From positions 21,543 to 85,542 of the forward strand of contig CAYQAW010000004.1 in the NCBI GenBank assembly GCA_964415615.1: a stretch of DNA of 64,000 nucleotides, in the 5' to 3' direction. The notes beneath the pieces are model-generated. The model was given only the letters and a program-made list of their open reading frames with translations. It did no database searches and was not told the origin of the DNA. The DNA is from an uncultured Gammaproteobacteria bacterium. GTDB lineage: Bacteria > Patescibacteriota > Microgenomatia > Daviesbacterales > UBA10151. A program made the translations under genes and the position numbers. This document shows, one piece after another, positions 53,839 through 62,808 of the stretch. Position 1 is the stretch's first letter. Every line of letters begins with the position of its first letter.

Positions 53839-55253
53839 TATGGTTTATTTTGGGAATTGGTTTAATCCTCCGCCTTATTAGTTTAAATCAGAGCTTATGG
53901 CTGGATGAGGCCATTAATATTGTTGCTTCACAGAAATTTTCCTTTTTGGGGATAATAACTCAATATGCTGTTGCTGATTTTCATCCACCCGGATGGTTTG
54001 CTATTCTATGGATTTGGGGGAGAACTTTTGGTTATTCAGAGATTGCAATGAGATTGCCTTCTGTCATTTTTGGCGTAGTAACAATATATGTAACTTATCT
54101 TCTTGGTAAAAAGTTAATCTCTAAAAATCTAGGACTTTTGGCAGCATTACTTATTGCTATTAACCCTTTGCATATTTATTACAGCCAAGAGGCAAGAATG
54201 TATGCATTGGCAACGCTTGCTGTTGCTATAAATATTTTCCTGTGGGTTAAAATATTGAAGGATGAAAAAGTTAGTATATGGTTACTGGTATCAAGCAACT
54301 TGTTAGTTTTGTCTTCAGACTATGTGTCATATTTAATTTTTCCCGCCCAATTTATATTGCTTATTTCTTCTAAGAGAAAGTTCATTAAGATATGGGTTAT
54401 AGGGTTGCTTGGCGCTGTATTGCTGATGATTTGGTGGTTACCTATATTTTTGAAACAATTATCAGTAGGGTCTGTGGCATCTGCTAATTTACCAACTTGG
54501 AAGTTTGTAGTGGGAGGATTTGATCTAAAGGCTATTCCTCTAACTTTTGTAAAATTCATTATAGGTAGAATTAGCCTGGCTGATAAATTTCTATACTTAC
54601 TGTTTTTAGCGCCGGTCTGTTCGTTATTTTTGTTTCTTTTATTTAGAGGAATTAAATTAATAAAAGGTATTAACCGCTTTCTTTTAATATTATGGATTAG
54701 CATCCCTGTTCTCTTGGCTAGCCTGAGTTCACTGATAATACCTATCTACAGCTATTTTAGGTTGATGTTTACTCTGCCGATATTCTTACTTTTGACTGCT
54801 TTAGGCGTTATCTCTTTTAAATCTAAATTAAGATATTTATTTTTGGGAACAGTAGTATTTATTCAATTACTATCTGTTTTATTGTATCTTTTCAATGGTG
54901 CATACCAAAGAGAAGATTGGCGGGGATTAGTGAGTTATCTCAAATCAGTTAATCAGGAGCCAATAGTATTGTTCGAGAGTTCGGGAACTTTACCTCCGTT
55001 TGATTATTATGCTAAAAATGAGATAAATGCGATAGGAGCTCTTAAAGACTTTCCTGCTAAAAATATAGGGGATGTAATTGATTTAAAAACAGCATTAAAA
55101 GGATCAACTGATATTTTTCTGGTTAATTACTTAATTGATATTAGTGATCCTAATAGATTGGTTGCTCAAATGCTAGATGAGTCAGGATATAGTTTGTTTG
55201 ACACAAAAGACTTTAACGGAGTAGGCTTTGTGTACCATTATGTTAGGAAATAA
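53814..55253 (+). CDS. GT-C membrane glycosyltransferase, family 39/83 (ArnT/PMT-like)
   Basis: 'LWLDEAINIVASQ' (DE motif), 'DFHPPGWF', 'RLPSVIFG', 'NPLHIYYSQEARMYAL' and about 11 TM helices. Confidence 0.7.
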   Translation: MGAGEKKMIWFILGIGLILRLISLNQSLWLDEAINIVASQKFSFLGIITQYAVADFHPPGWFAILWIWGRTFGYSEIAMRLPSVIFGVVTIYVTYLLGKKLISKNLGLLAALLIAINPLHIYYSQEARMYALATLAVAINIFLWVKILKDEKVSIWLLVSSNLLVLSSDYVSYLIFPAQFILLISSKRKFIKIWVIGLLGAVLLMIWWLPIFLKQLSVGSVASANLPTWKFVVGGFDLKAIPLTFVKFIIGRISLADKFLYLLFLAPVCSLFLFLLFRGIKLIKGINRFLLILWISIPVLLASLSSLIIPIYSYFRLMFTLPIFLLLTALGVISFKSKLRYLFLGTVVFIQLLSVLLYLFNGAYQREDWRGLVSYLKSVNQEPIVLFESSGTLPPFDYYAKNEINAIGALKDFPAKNIGDVIDLKTALKGSTDIFLVNYLIDISDPNRLVAQMLDESGYSLFDTKDFNGVGFVYHYVRK

Positions 55254-56586
55254 AATAGCAGTAATTTTTTTGACATTGATAATAATATCTCATGCTTTTA
55301 TCTTAACAAAGATAATTTTCTTTCCGTATCCAGAACTTTTTATATATCCATATTTGACTAATCATGGACTTAAGCCCTATGCACAAATTTTAGATCAACA
55401 TTTTCCAGGACTAATGTTTTTACCTCTCAACTTTGATAATTTGGGAATGAATAATGAGGTAGCAGCACGGGTATGGTTGATAGGTATAGTAATTATAACC
55501 CAAGTCCTATTATTTTTTATTGCGAGGCATTTTATAAAGAGTAACTATAAAGCCCTGCTGGTAAATGTACTGTATCTGGCTTGGCAGCCGTTTTTTGAAG
55601 GATGGAACTTATGGATAGACAATTTTTTACCTATTGTTTTATTGCCAGCTTTTTACTCTGTATATAAAAAGAAATTCATTTTTACAGGAGTACTTATAGG
55701 GATGGGAGTAATATTTAAGCAGACTCTTATTCCTTTATCTATTTTAGTTTTATTCTATATATTTTGGTCAGAAAGAAATCTAAAAATGGGATTAAAGTAT
55801 CTTTTGGGAGTAATTCCACCGGTAGCTTTAATGGTCTTATATTTTGTTGATATTGGTGTATTTCCGGATTTCTGGTATTGGACTGTTGTTTTTAATCTGA
55901 CTATTTATGCTGCAGCTGGTACACAAATACCTACCAGTATCGGTTTCATTTCCCGAGTTTTGTTTGTTTACGCAGCTTCTTTATTTTCTATTTTTTTCAA
56001 ACATAAACGACTTGTAATTATTTTCTTAATGTTTTTAACAGGTTCTTTAGTTGGAGCATTTGATCGGGCAAATTTTGTACATTTTCAGCCATCTTTGCCT
56101 CTTGCTATTTTGGGAACAGTTCTGGGTTTTTTCTCACTTCCCAAAAAGAAAATGATCTTATCGTTTGGCTTGTATTTAGTAGTGTTAATATGGTGGCAGA
56201 ACATTTTCTATAAAGGGCATATTTCTAATAAAGTGTTATTCTTTGATCAACAAACTTATGCCTTGGCAAATAAGATCAAAAAATACACTAAGCCTGGTGA
56301 GAAGATCTTTGTGTTTGGAGCTGCTCCTCATTTGTATCAAATGTCGCAAACTTTACCTGCTGGTAATGTTTTTGTTTTTCAGTTTCCCTGGTTTTTGAAA
56401 GTAGCGCAGGAGAGGATACTTGAGGGAATTAAACTAGATCAACCGGAAATTATAGTAGCAGATAGAACAGCGGAAACTGAGAACATTAAGATTACTGATT
56501 TTGCTAAGGATCTTGATCAATATATTCAAAAAAATTATCAAGTAATTGATAGTGTTGGAACTGCAGAGATTTTGCATAGGAGGTAA
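55240..56586 (+). CDS. Polytopic membrane protein (unknown; possible GT-C)
   Basis: About 450 aa, hydrophobic. Start set at ATG 55240 (MLGNKIAV), which overlaps the upstream gene by 14 bp. Confidence 0.5.
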   Translation: MLGNKIAVIFLTLIIISHAFILTKIIFFPYPELFIYPYLTNHGLKPYAQILDQHFPGLMFLPLNFDNLGMNNEVAARVWLIGIVIITQVLLFFIARHFIKSNYKALLVNVLYLAWQPFFEGWNLWIDNFLPIVLLPAFYSVYKKKFIFTGVLIGMGVIFKQTLIPLSILVLFYIFWSERNLKMGLKYLLGVIPPVALMVLYFVDIGVFPDFWYWTVVFNLTIYAAAGTQIPTSIGFISRVLFVYAASLFSIFFKHKRLVIIFLMFLTGSLVGAFDRANFVHFQPSLPLAILGTVLGFFSLPKKKMILSFGLYLVVLIWWQNIFYKGHISNKVLFFDQQTYALANKIKKYTKPGEKIFVFGAAPHLYQMSQTLPAGNVFVFQFPWFLKVAQERILEGIKLDQPEIIVADRTAETENIKITDFAKDLDQYIQKNYQVIDSVGTAEILHRR

Positions 56587-56595
56587 AATAATTAC

Positions 56596-57621
56596 GTGGA
56601 TAAAAAAATACGAGTTGGAATGGATATATCACAACTAGCTCATCAGGGAGGGGTTATTAGTTATACTAAGCAAATTGCTGAAGGACTAGGCCATATTAGC
56701 AATTTAGATATGGTCTATTTTTATTCTTCCTTAAGACAGATCTATAAAGGCAATCTAAAAAATGTGAAATCTTTTAGATTGCCTCCGACTTTTTTTGAAA
56801 TGCTTTTTAATAGCTGGAGGAATGTTAATATTGAAAGATTTATTGGCCCGATTGATATTTTCCATAGTTCTGATTGGGTCCAGCCTCCAAGTAAAGCAAA
56901 AAAGGTTACTACTTATCATGATGTGGTACCTTTAAAATACCCTCAATGGTCACACCCTAAAATAGTGGCCGTACATAAAGAAAGATTGAAAATAGTTGAA
57001 GAAGAAATTGATATGGTGATAGCTGTTTCAGAATCTACAAAGAGAGATTTGTTGGAAATTTCTACAATACCTGAAGAAAAAATAATAGTAATTTATGAAG
57101 GAGTAGGAGAACAATTTAAACCACAATCCGAAGATGATATAAAACTATTTAGACAAAAGTACAATTTGCCAGAAAAATTTATTTTAGCTATAGGTGGAGT
57201 TGGCGAAAGGAAAAACTTAACGAGAGTCAAGAAAGCAGCTGGGAAATATAATTTAGTTATTGCTGGAGTAACTATTCCTTGGGTATCATCTGATGAGTTA
57301 CCACTTCTTTACAGCTCAGCTGAGATGTTATTGTATCCATCATTATATGAAGGTTTTGGTTTGCCAGTTTTGGAGGCAATGGCTTGTGGTATACCGGTTA
57401 TTACATCAAATGTATCAAGTATGCCAGAAGTTGGTGGAGATGCAGTGATTTATGTTGATCCATTAAATACTGATGATATATCGGAGAAATTAAAAGAACT
57501 CTTAATAAGAAGAGACTTAACGAAGGACGTGATAATAAAGGGATTCGAACAAGTCAAAAAATTCTCCTGGGAGAAAGCTACTGAAGAAATGTACTCAGTT
57601 TATAGGAAACTTATCAGTTAA
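56596..57621 (+). CDS. Glycosyltransferase family 4
   Basis: 'EGFGLPVLEAMACGIPVITSNVSSMPEVGGDA'. GTG start in the ORF track; ATG at 56620 is an alternative. Confidence 0.7.
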   Translation: MDKKIRVGMDISQLAHQGGVISYTKQIAEGLGHISNLDMVYFYSSLRQIYKGNLKNVKSFRLPPTFFEMLFNSWRNVNIERFIGPIDIFHSSDWVQPPSKAKKVTTYHDVVPLKYPQWSHPKIVAVHKERLKIVEEEIDMVIAVSESTKRDLLEISTIPEEKIIVIYEGVGEQFKPQSEDDIKLFRQKYNLPEKFILAIGGVGERKNLTRVKKAAGKYNLVIAGVTIPWVSSDELPLLYSSAEMLLYPSLYEGFGLPVLEAMACGIPVITSNVSSMPEVGGDAVIYVDPLNTDDISEKLKELLIRRDLTKDVIIKGFEQVKKFSWEKATEEMYSVYRKLIS

Positions 57622-59148
57622 ATGATTAAATTACTTTGGAAAAGGAAAATATTGTTTTTTATTATTGTTTTAATTTGCTTTGCAGCTTTTCTCAGATTTT
57701 ATAATCTTTCAAATATTTATATATTTAACTTTGATGAAGAATATCAAGCTACGTATGCAATGACATTGGTAAAACATTTGCATCCGATTTGGATAGGTGT
57801 AAGCGCAGGGTTTGTGGATTTTTACATGGGTCCTTATTTTACTTACTTTACCGCTTTTTTTCTTTGGCTTTCTAAAGGAGATCCTTTAATTACAGCATAT
57901 GTTGCAGGTCTAACCGGAGTAGTAACATCGGTAGTTGTATTTTTAGTGGGAAGGAAGTTTTTTAATTTGACTACTGGAGTTATTGGTTCGCTGCTTTATG
58001 CAGGATCACCACTGATAGTTTTTTATGATCAAAAATATTGGAATCCAATGTTTGTTCAGCTAATAGTACTTTTGATGTTTGTATCAATTATGCTTATAAG
58101 GAAATCTGCCTGGTGGTGGGTTTTGTATGCAGCTTTGGTTGGTGTTATTTTTGAGACTGATTTGTTGCCGATACCGCTAGTATTAATCGGTATCTGGCTT
58201 TTCATAAAAGGAAAATATTTTTTGAACAAAAAGTTAGTTTTGGCTTGTGTAATGATTTTTATATTACTCTATTGGCCTCTTCTAGTATTTGACTATGTTC
58301 ATAACTTTAGCAATTTAACTATTTTGGGCCGTTATAGCGAGCAAGCAAAAAAAGTTGGGGCAAAAATTGAACCCCAGAAAAAAATACTTTCAATTGTAGA
58401 TACTATGGGGAGGTTATGGTATTTAAAACCAGGAAGTTCAAATGCTGATGAAATAAGTACAGCTTGTTATGCATTATCAGCAAAGCCAGAGGCTAGTTTT
58501 ATAACAAAATATACCCAAAGGACAGTTCCCAATTTGGGATTAATAATATTATCTATTGGTTTGCTTTTATCCTTTTTATTCATTAGTTTTAAGGTTAAGA
58601 ATAAAGCTTATCATCTTTTGGCGTGTTTTATATTACTCTCGCTTGGATTTTACATATTTTATTCCGGAGGTTCATTTGAGTATTATCTTCATGGTTTTGT
58701 GACATTATTCATCTTTACTCCGGGGATTGTTATTAGTCAGGTATATAAAAAATACAGGCCATTATTTTACCCTTTAGTAGGAATTGTATTAATATTGGGA
58801 ATCTATACAGTATTAAATACTTCAGATAGTTTTAGTTTAGGCGCTAAAAAGAAATTAATTACGAAAGTTATGAATGTGGTATCAGATCAAAAGTTTTCAA
58901 TTGATGGACGAGGTGCTTGTCATAATTGGGAAGGGTGGAGATATCTATTTAAGGTTTACGGAAAGACACCTGCCAGCAGCTATACTGATCAAAATTTTGA
59001 ATGGTTGTATCCTCAAGAAGTTTATAAAGGTAAAGTTTCTTATGAGGTGATTCTTGCGGAATCAAGAATACCTTTTGATAAAGATATGAGTGGATACGAT
59101 AGAATAGACGAAGGAGGCTATTCGGCTTATATCAGAAAAACTCAATGA
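57622..59148 (+). CDS. GT-C membrane glycosyltransferase, GT39-like
   Basis: 'NFDEEYQATYAMTL' (DE motif in first loop). Multiple TM helices. Hydrophilic C-terminal ~150 aa. Confidence 0.55.
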   Translation: MIKLLWKRKILFFIIVLICFAAFLRFYNLSNIYIFNFDEEYQATYAMTLVKHLHPIWIGVSAGFVDFYMGPYFTYFTAFFLWLSKGDPLITAYVAGLTGVVTSVVVFLVGRKFFNLTTGVIGSLLYAGSPLIVFYDQKYWNPMFVQLIVLLMFVSIMLIRKSAWWWVLYAALVGVIFETDLLPIPLVLIGIWLFIKGKYFLNKKLVLACVMIFILLYWPLLVFDYVHNFSNLTILGRYSEQAKKVGAKIEPQKKILSIVDTMGRLWYLKPGSSNADEISTACYALSAKPEASFITKYTQRTVPNLGLIILSIGLLLSFLFISFKVKNKAYHLLACFILLSLGFYIFYSGGSFEYYLHGFVTLFIFTPGIVISQVYKKYRPLFYPLVGIVLILGIYTVLNTSDSFSLGAKKKLITKVMNVVSDQKFSIDGRGACHNWEGWRYLFKVYGKTPASSYTDQNFEWLYPQEVYKGKVSYEVILAESRIPFDKDMSGYDRIDEGGYSAYIRKTQ

Positions 59149-60233
59149 AAATAGCGCTAGATGGATATGAGGCAAATGTTTCTCAAAGACTGGGGTCATC
59201 TCGGGTGGCTTTTGAGTTGCTAAAAAGTCTGGAAAAAATTGACAGTAAAAATGACTATACATTTTTGTTACCTACTCCCCCGCTTGCAGATTTACCAAAG
59301 GATAGAGAAGGTTGGAAGTACAAAATTTTAAAGCCCAAAAAGCTTTGGACAAGGATTGCGCTGCCTATATTTTTATATACAGCAAAACAAAAACCAGATA
59401 TATTTTTTTCTCCGACACACTATATTCCAAGATTTGTGCCAGCATCAATTAAAAAGGTTGTCACAATATTTGATTTGTCTTTTTTGCACTTTCCGGAGAT
59501 GTTTACAAGCCGCGATTTATGGCAGCTTACAAACTGGACTAAATTTTCTGCAAGTCAAGCTGATCATATAATTACAATTTCTGAGTTTTCTAAACAGGAT
59601 ATTATTTCCCAATACAAAATAGATAAAAATAAAATTACAGTTGCTTATCCTGGTTTTGATAAAGAAAATTACAAGCCTAAAGGTAAAAAACCAGGTAATT
59701 ACATAATATATATAGGGACTATTCAGCCAAGAAAAAATTTAATCAGACTGATGGAGGCTGTTTCCAGGATAGAAAATCTCAATTTAATTATTGTTGGTAA
59801 GACTGAAGGTGAAGGTAGGCAGGGGTGGATGTATGAGGATATTTTACAGACTCCTAAAAAATTAGGCATAGAGGATAGGGTAAAATTTTTAGGGTTCATA
59901 CCAACTGCAGAATTAAAAATACTTTTGTCAGGAGCAGCAGCTTATATACAGCCTTCTTTATGGGAAGGATTTGGTATTCCAGTGGTGGAAGCGATGGCTA
60001 CAGGTGTACCAGTTCTTGTTTCTAATGATTCATCTTTGCCTGAGGTGGTAGGGAAGGCGGGATTACTCTTTGATCCATATTCTGTTGATCAAATAGAGCA
60101 GGCAATCAGAACTATTGTGGCTGATAATAAATTAAGAGAGAAATATTCAAAAGCAGGAATCATTCAGGCCCAAAAATTTTCCTGGGATAAAATGGCAGAG
60201 ATAGTTTTAAAAGTGTTTGGAGATACGGTATAA
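59145..60233 (+). CDS. Glycosyltransferase family 4
   Basis: '[33 protein letters not shown]'. Confidence 0.7.
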   Translation: MKIALDGYEANVSQRLGSSRVAFELLKSLEKIDSKNDYTFLLPTPPLADLPKDREGWKYKILKPKKLWTRIALPIFLYTAKQKPDIFFSPTHYIPRFVPASIKKVVTIFDLSFLHFPEMFTSRDLWQLTNWTKFSASQADHIITISEFSKQDIISQYKIDKNKITVAYPGFDKENYKPKGKKPGNYIIYIGTIQPRKNLIRLMEAVSRIENLNLIIVGKTEGEGRQGWMYEDILQTPKKLGIEDRVKFLGFIPTAELKILLSGAAAYIQPSLWEGFGIPVVEAMATGVPVLVSNDSSLPEVVGKAGLLFDPYSVDQIEQAIRTIVADNKLREKYSKAGIIQAQKFSWDKMAEIVLKVFGDTV

Positions 60234-60240
60234 TCAATCC

Positions 60241-60843
60241 ATGGCTTTATTTGAAGATAGAATGGGTAAATCTTTGAGTGTCAGCGAAGCTTTGAGAAAA
60301 ATTGCTAACAGATTATTTAATTGGGTTTTAGATTTGGAGTTGTTAATTGTTGCTTTATCAGGATGCGTGCCTTCTCATTTATTCCGTCTACTTATATACA
60401 GGTTGGCTGGAATAAAAATAGGGAAAGATTCCAGGATTCATATGGGAGCCAGATTCTTTTATCTTGCAAATATACAAATAGGGACTGGAACAATTATTGG
60501 CGATCATGTTTTTTTGGATGGCAGGGATAAATTAACAATTGGTGATCATGTGGATATTGCATCTGCTGTGATGATTTACAGCAGTGAGCATAATGTAAAT
60601 TCAGAAGATTTTCATGCAATCTCCGCGCCTGTTGAAATAGAGGACTATGTTTTTATTGGCCCCAGAGCAATAATTCTGCCTGGAGTCAGGATTGGTAAAG
60701 GAGCTGTGGTTGGAGCAGGCGCGGTCGTGACTAAAAATGTTGATGAATACCAGATCGTTGGAGGTGTACCAGCTCAAGTTATAGGTGAAAGGAAATTGAA
60801 AAATCCGCATTATAAATTAGGACGGGCAAGACTTTTTCAATGA
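60241..60843 (+). CDS. Hexapeptide-repeat sugar O-acetyltransferase
   Basis: 'IGTGTIIGDHVFLDG...IGDHVDIASAVMIYSSEH...FIGPRAIILPGVRIGKGAVVGAGAVVTKNV' is the LbH acetyltransferase signature. Start set at ATG 60241. Confidence 0.7.
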   Translation: MALFEDRMGKSLSVSEALRKIANRLFNWVLDLELLIVALSGCVPSHLFRLLIYRLAGIKIGKDSRIHMGARFFYLANIQIGTGTIIGDHVFLDGRDKLTIGDHVDIASAVMIYSSEHNVNSEDFHAISAPVEIEDYVFIGPRAIILPGVRIGKGAVVGAGAVVTKNVDEYQIVGGVPAQVIGERKLKNPHYKLGRARLFQ

Positions 60844-61388
60844 TTAAAAAAAAATTATTCGTAGCTTTTTCGGTACTGCTTTTTGTTTATATGCTTTGGC
60901 CGGGGCCAAGCAAGATTTCCGATTTTAAATCACTTCCTTCCTCATATAAGTCAACACTGGAAGGAGATACGGTACAGATACCTAATGTGGCAGGGTATTT
61001 TTCAAATAATTTTAGAGGGTTTGTAGTTCCTTTCTATTTAAAGGATTATCAAAGTGTAAGCCATTTTCCATTTCCTCCACTAAGATTAAACCGCCCTCCA
61101 GAATACTCATGGATAGCTATAAAAAAACATACAGACAGCACTTATATAGAAGAATTAGTTTATCCCTTGAGAGATTCATTATATGTTAATGGTTTTGAAC
61201 CATTTTACTCAGACGGAAAACCAAAATTTTGGGGTTCAACTATGTTTCCAATTTCAGGTCAGAATTGGTTTACTAAAACTACAATCCGATTTTATCCATC
61301 TGGGCTGATTGTAAGACTTGTAGTGTGGTTTGGAATTACAGCTTCAATTTATTTGTTATTTAAAATGGGAAGGAAAATTTTAAACTAA
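60840..61388 (+). CDS. Hypothetical protein with N- and C-terminal TM anchors
   Basis: 182-aa ORF in the operon with overlapping start/stop. No recognisable family. Confidence 0.45.
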   Translation: MIKKKLFVAFSVLLFVYMLWPGPSKISDFKSLPSSYKSTLEGDTVQIPNVAGYFSNNFRGFVVPFYLKDYQSVSHFPFPPLRLNRPPEYSWIAIKKHTDSTYIEELVYPLRDSLYVNGFEPFYSDGKPKFWGSTMFPISGQNWFTKTTIRFYPSGLIVRLVVWFGITASIYLLFKMGRKILN

Positions 61389-61389
61389 A

Positions 61390-62808
61390 ATGTTCAAATT
61401 TTTAACCCTGTCTAATATATTGCTAATTTTGATAATTTTCCTTTTTATCTTTATCCCACTGTACCCAAAATTTCCATTGCTTAATATTGCAGGAACTTTT
61501 GTGGCGATTAGGATTGAGGACTTACTAATTGGTCTAACAGTCTTTCTCTGGGGGGTTTATATGGTGTTATCAAATCAGTTAAGAGATCTTTTGCGAGATA
61601 AATTGACTAAGGCTATATTATTATTTTTCTTTATTGGCGCTGTTTCTACTTTCTCAGCTATTTTTTTGACTCATACGGTAATTTCTCACATCAGCTTTCT
61701 ACATTTTTTCAGGAGAATTGAATTTATGATGTTGTTGCCTATTGTGGCCAGTGTGATCAAAACTAAAAAACAACTGATTGGAATTTTAGTTATCTTATTC
61801 TTGACAGTTTTATTGGTTAATTTATATGCTTTAGGCCAGCAGTATTTGGACTGGCCGGTTATTTCTACAACTAATTCTGAATTTTCAAAAGGATTAATTT
61901 TAAGTTTAACCCCTGGCGCCAGGGTCAATTCAACTTTTGCCGGACATTATGATTTGGCAGTATTTTTGGCGATGACTATTTCAATACTGACAGCTCTATT
62001 TTTTGCAGTTAAAAAGAGGATAAAAATATTGATTGTTATGTTGGGACTGTTAACTCTTCTTATTTTGATAATGACAGCAGCCAGACTTTCTTTTGTGGCT
62101 GCTTTTATCGGGATTATTTTTGCGCTTATTTTTACAAAGAAAACAAAGTATATTCTATTTATTCTTGTCGGAGTAGCAGTTATTTTAATATATCCTTCCC
62201 AGCTTAGAGACCGTTTTATTTCAACTATTACTGTTAATCTTTTTTCTCAGGGACAAAGATATGTAGGACAAACACAGGATCAGCAAGTTAGGAGTCAGCT
62301 TAATATTCCAACACTTGCAGTGAAAACTTCAAGTACATCTGCGTCTACTTCTGCTTTTGCCAGTCCTTCCGGTAAGACAGCAACAGATATTACGCCTGGT
62401 GAACCAATTGATACTACAGAGCTGGGAGTTTACCGGTCTTTTCAAATTAGATTAAATATTGAATGGCCAAGAGCTGTAACTGCTTTTATGAAAAATCCAT
62501 TCCTGGGAACAGGCTATTCTTCTTTGGATATAGCAACGGATAATGATTTTTTAAGATCTTTGGGAGAAGTTGGATTTTTAGGAACTGCGGGATTTGTTTT
62601 AGTTCTTATAGAAATTGCAAAAAGAATATTCTCCTGCCTAAAAAATGAAGATAAACTGATTAGATTTTTTTCCGCGGGAGTATTATCTATGTTTGTCGCG
62701 TTTATTGTTAATGGATTATTTATAGATGTATTTGAGGCATCAAAAGTGGCCTCACTTTTTTGGATGATGTTAGGATTAAATCTTGCGGTATTTAAAATAA
62801 AATCATGA
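61390..62808 (+). CDS. O-antigen ligase/polymerase-like (Wzy_C-type) polytopic membrane protein
   Basis: 472 aa with about 10 TM. An interior Ser/Thr-rich hydrophilic loop is followed by further TM helices, the Wzy/WaaL-like architecture. Assignment tentative. Confidence 0.45.
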   Translation: MFKFLTLSNILLILIIFLFIFIPLYPKFPLLNIAGTFVAIRIEDLLIGLTVFLWGVYMVLSNQLRDLLRDKLTKAILLFFFIGAVSTFSAIFLTHTVISHISFLHFFRRIEFMMLLPIVASVIKTKKQLIGILVILFLTVLLVNLYALGQQYLDWPVISTTNSEFSKGLILSLTPGARVNSTFAGHYDLAVFLAMTISILTALFFAVKKRIKILIVMLGLLTLLILIMTAARLSFVAAFIGIIFALIFTKKTKYILFILVGVAVILIYPSQLRDRFISTITVNLFSQGQRYVGQTQDQQVRSQLNIPTLAVKTSSTSASTSAFASPSGKTATDITPGEPIDTTELGVYRSFQIRLNIEWPRAVTAFMKNPFLGTGYSSLDIATDNDFLRSLGEVGFLGTAGFVLVLIEIAKRIFSCLKNEDKLIRFFSAGVLSMFVAFIVNGLFIDVFEASKVASLFWMMLGLNLAVFKIKS

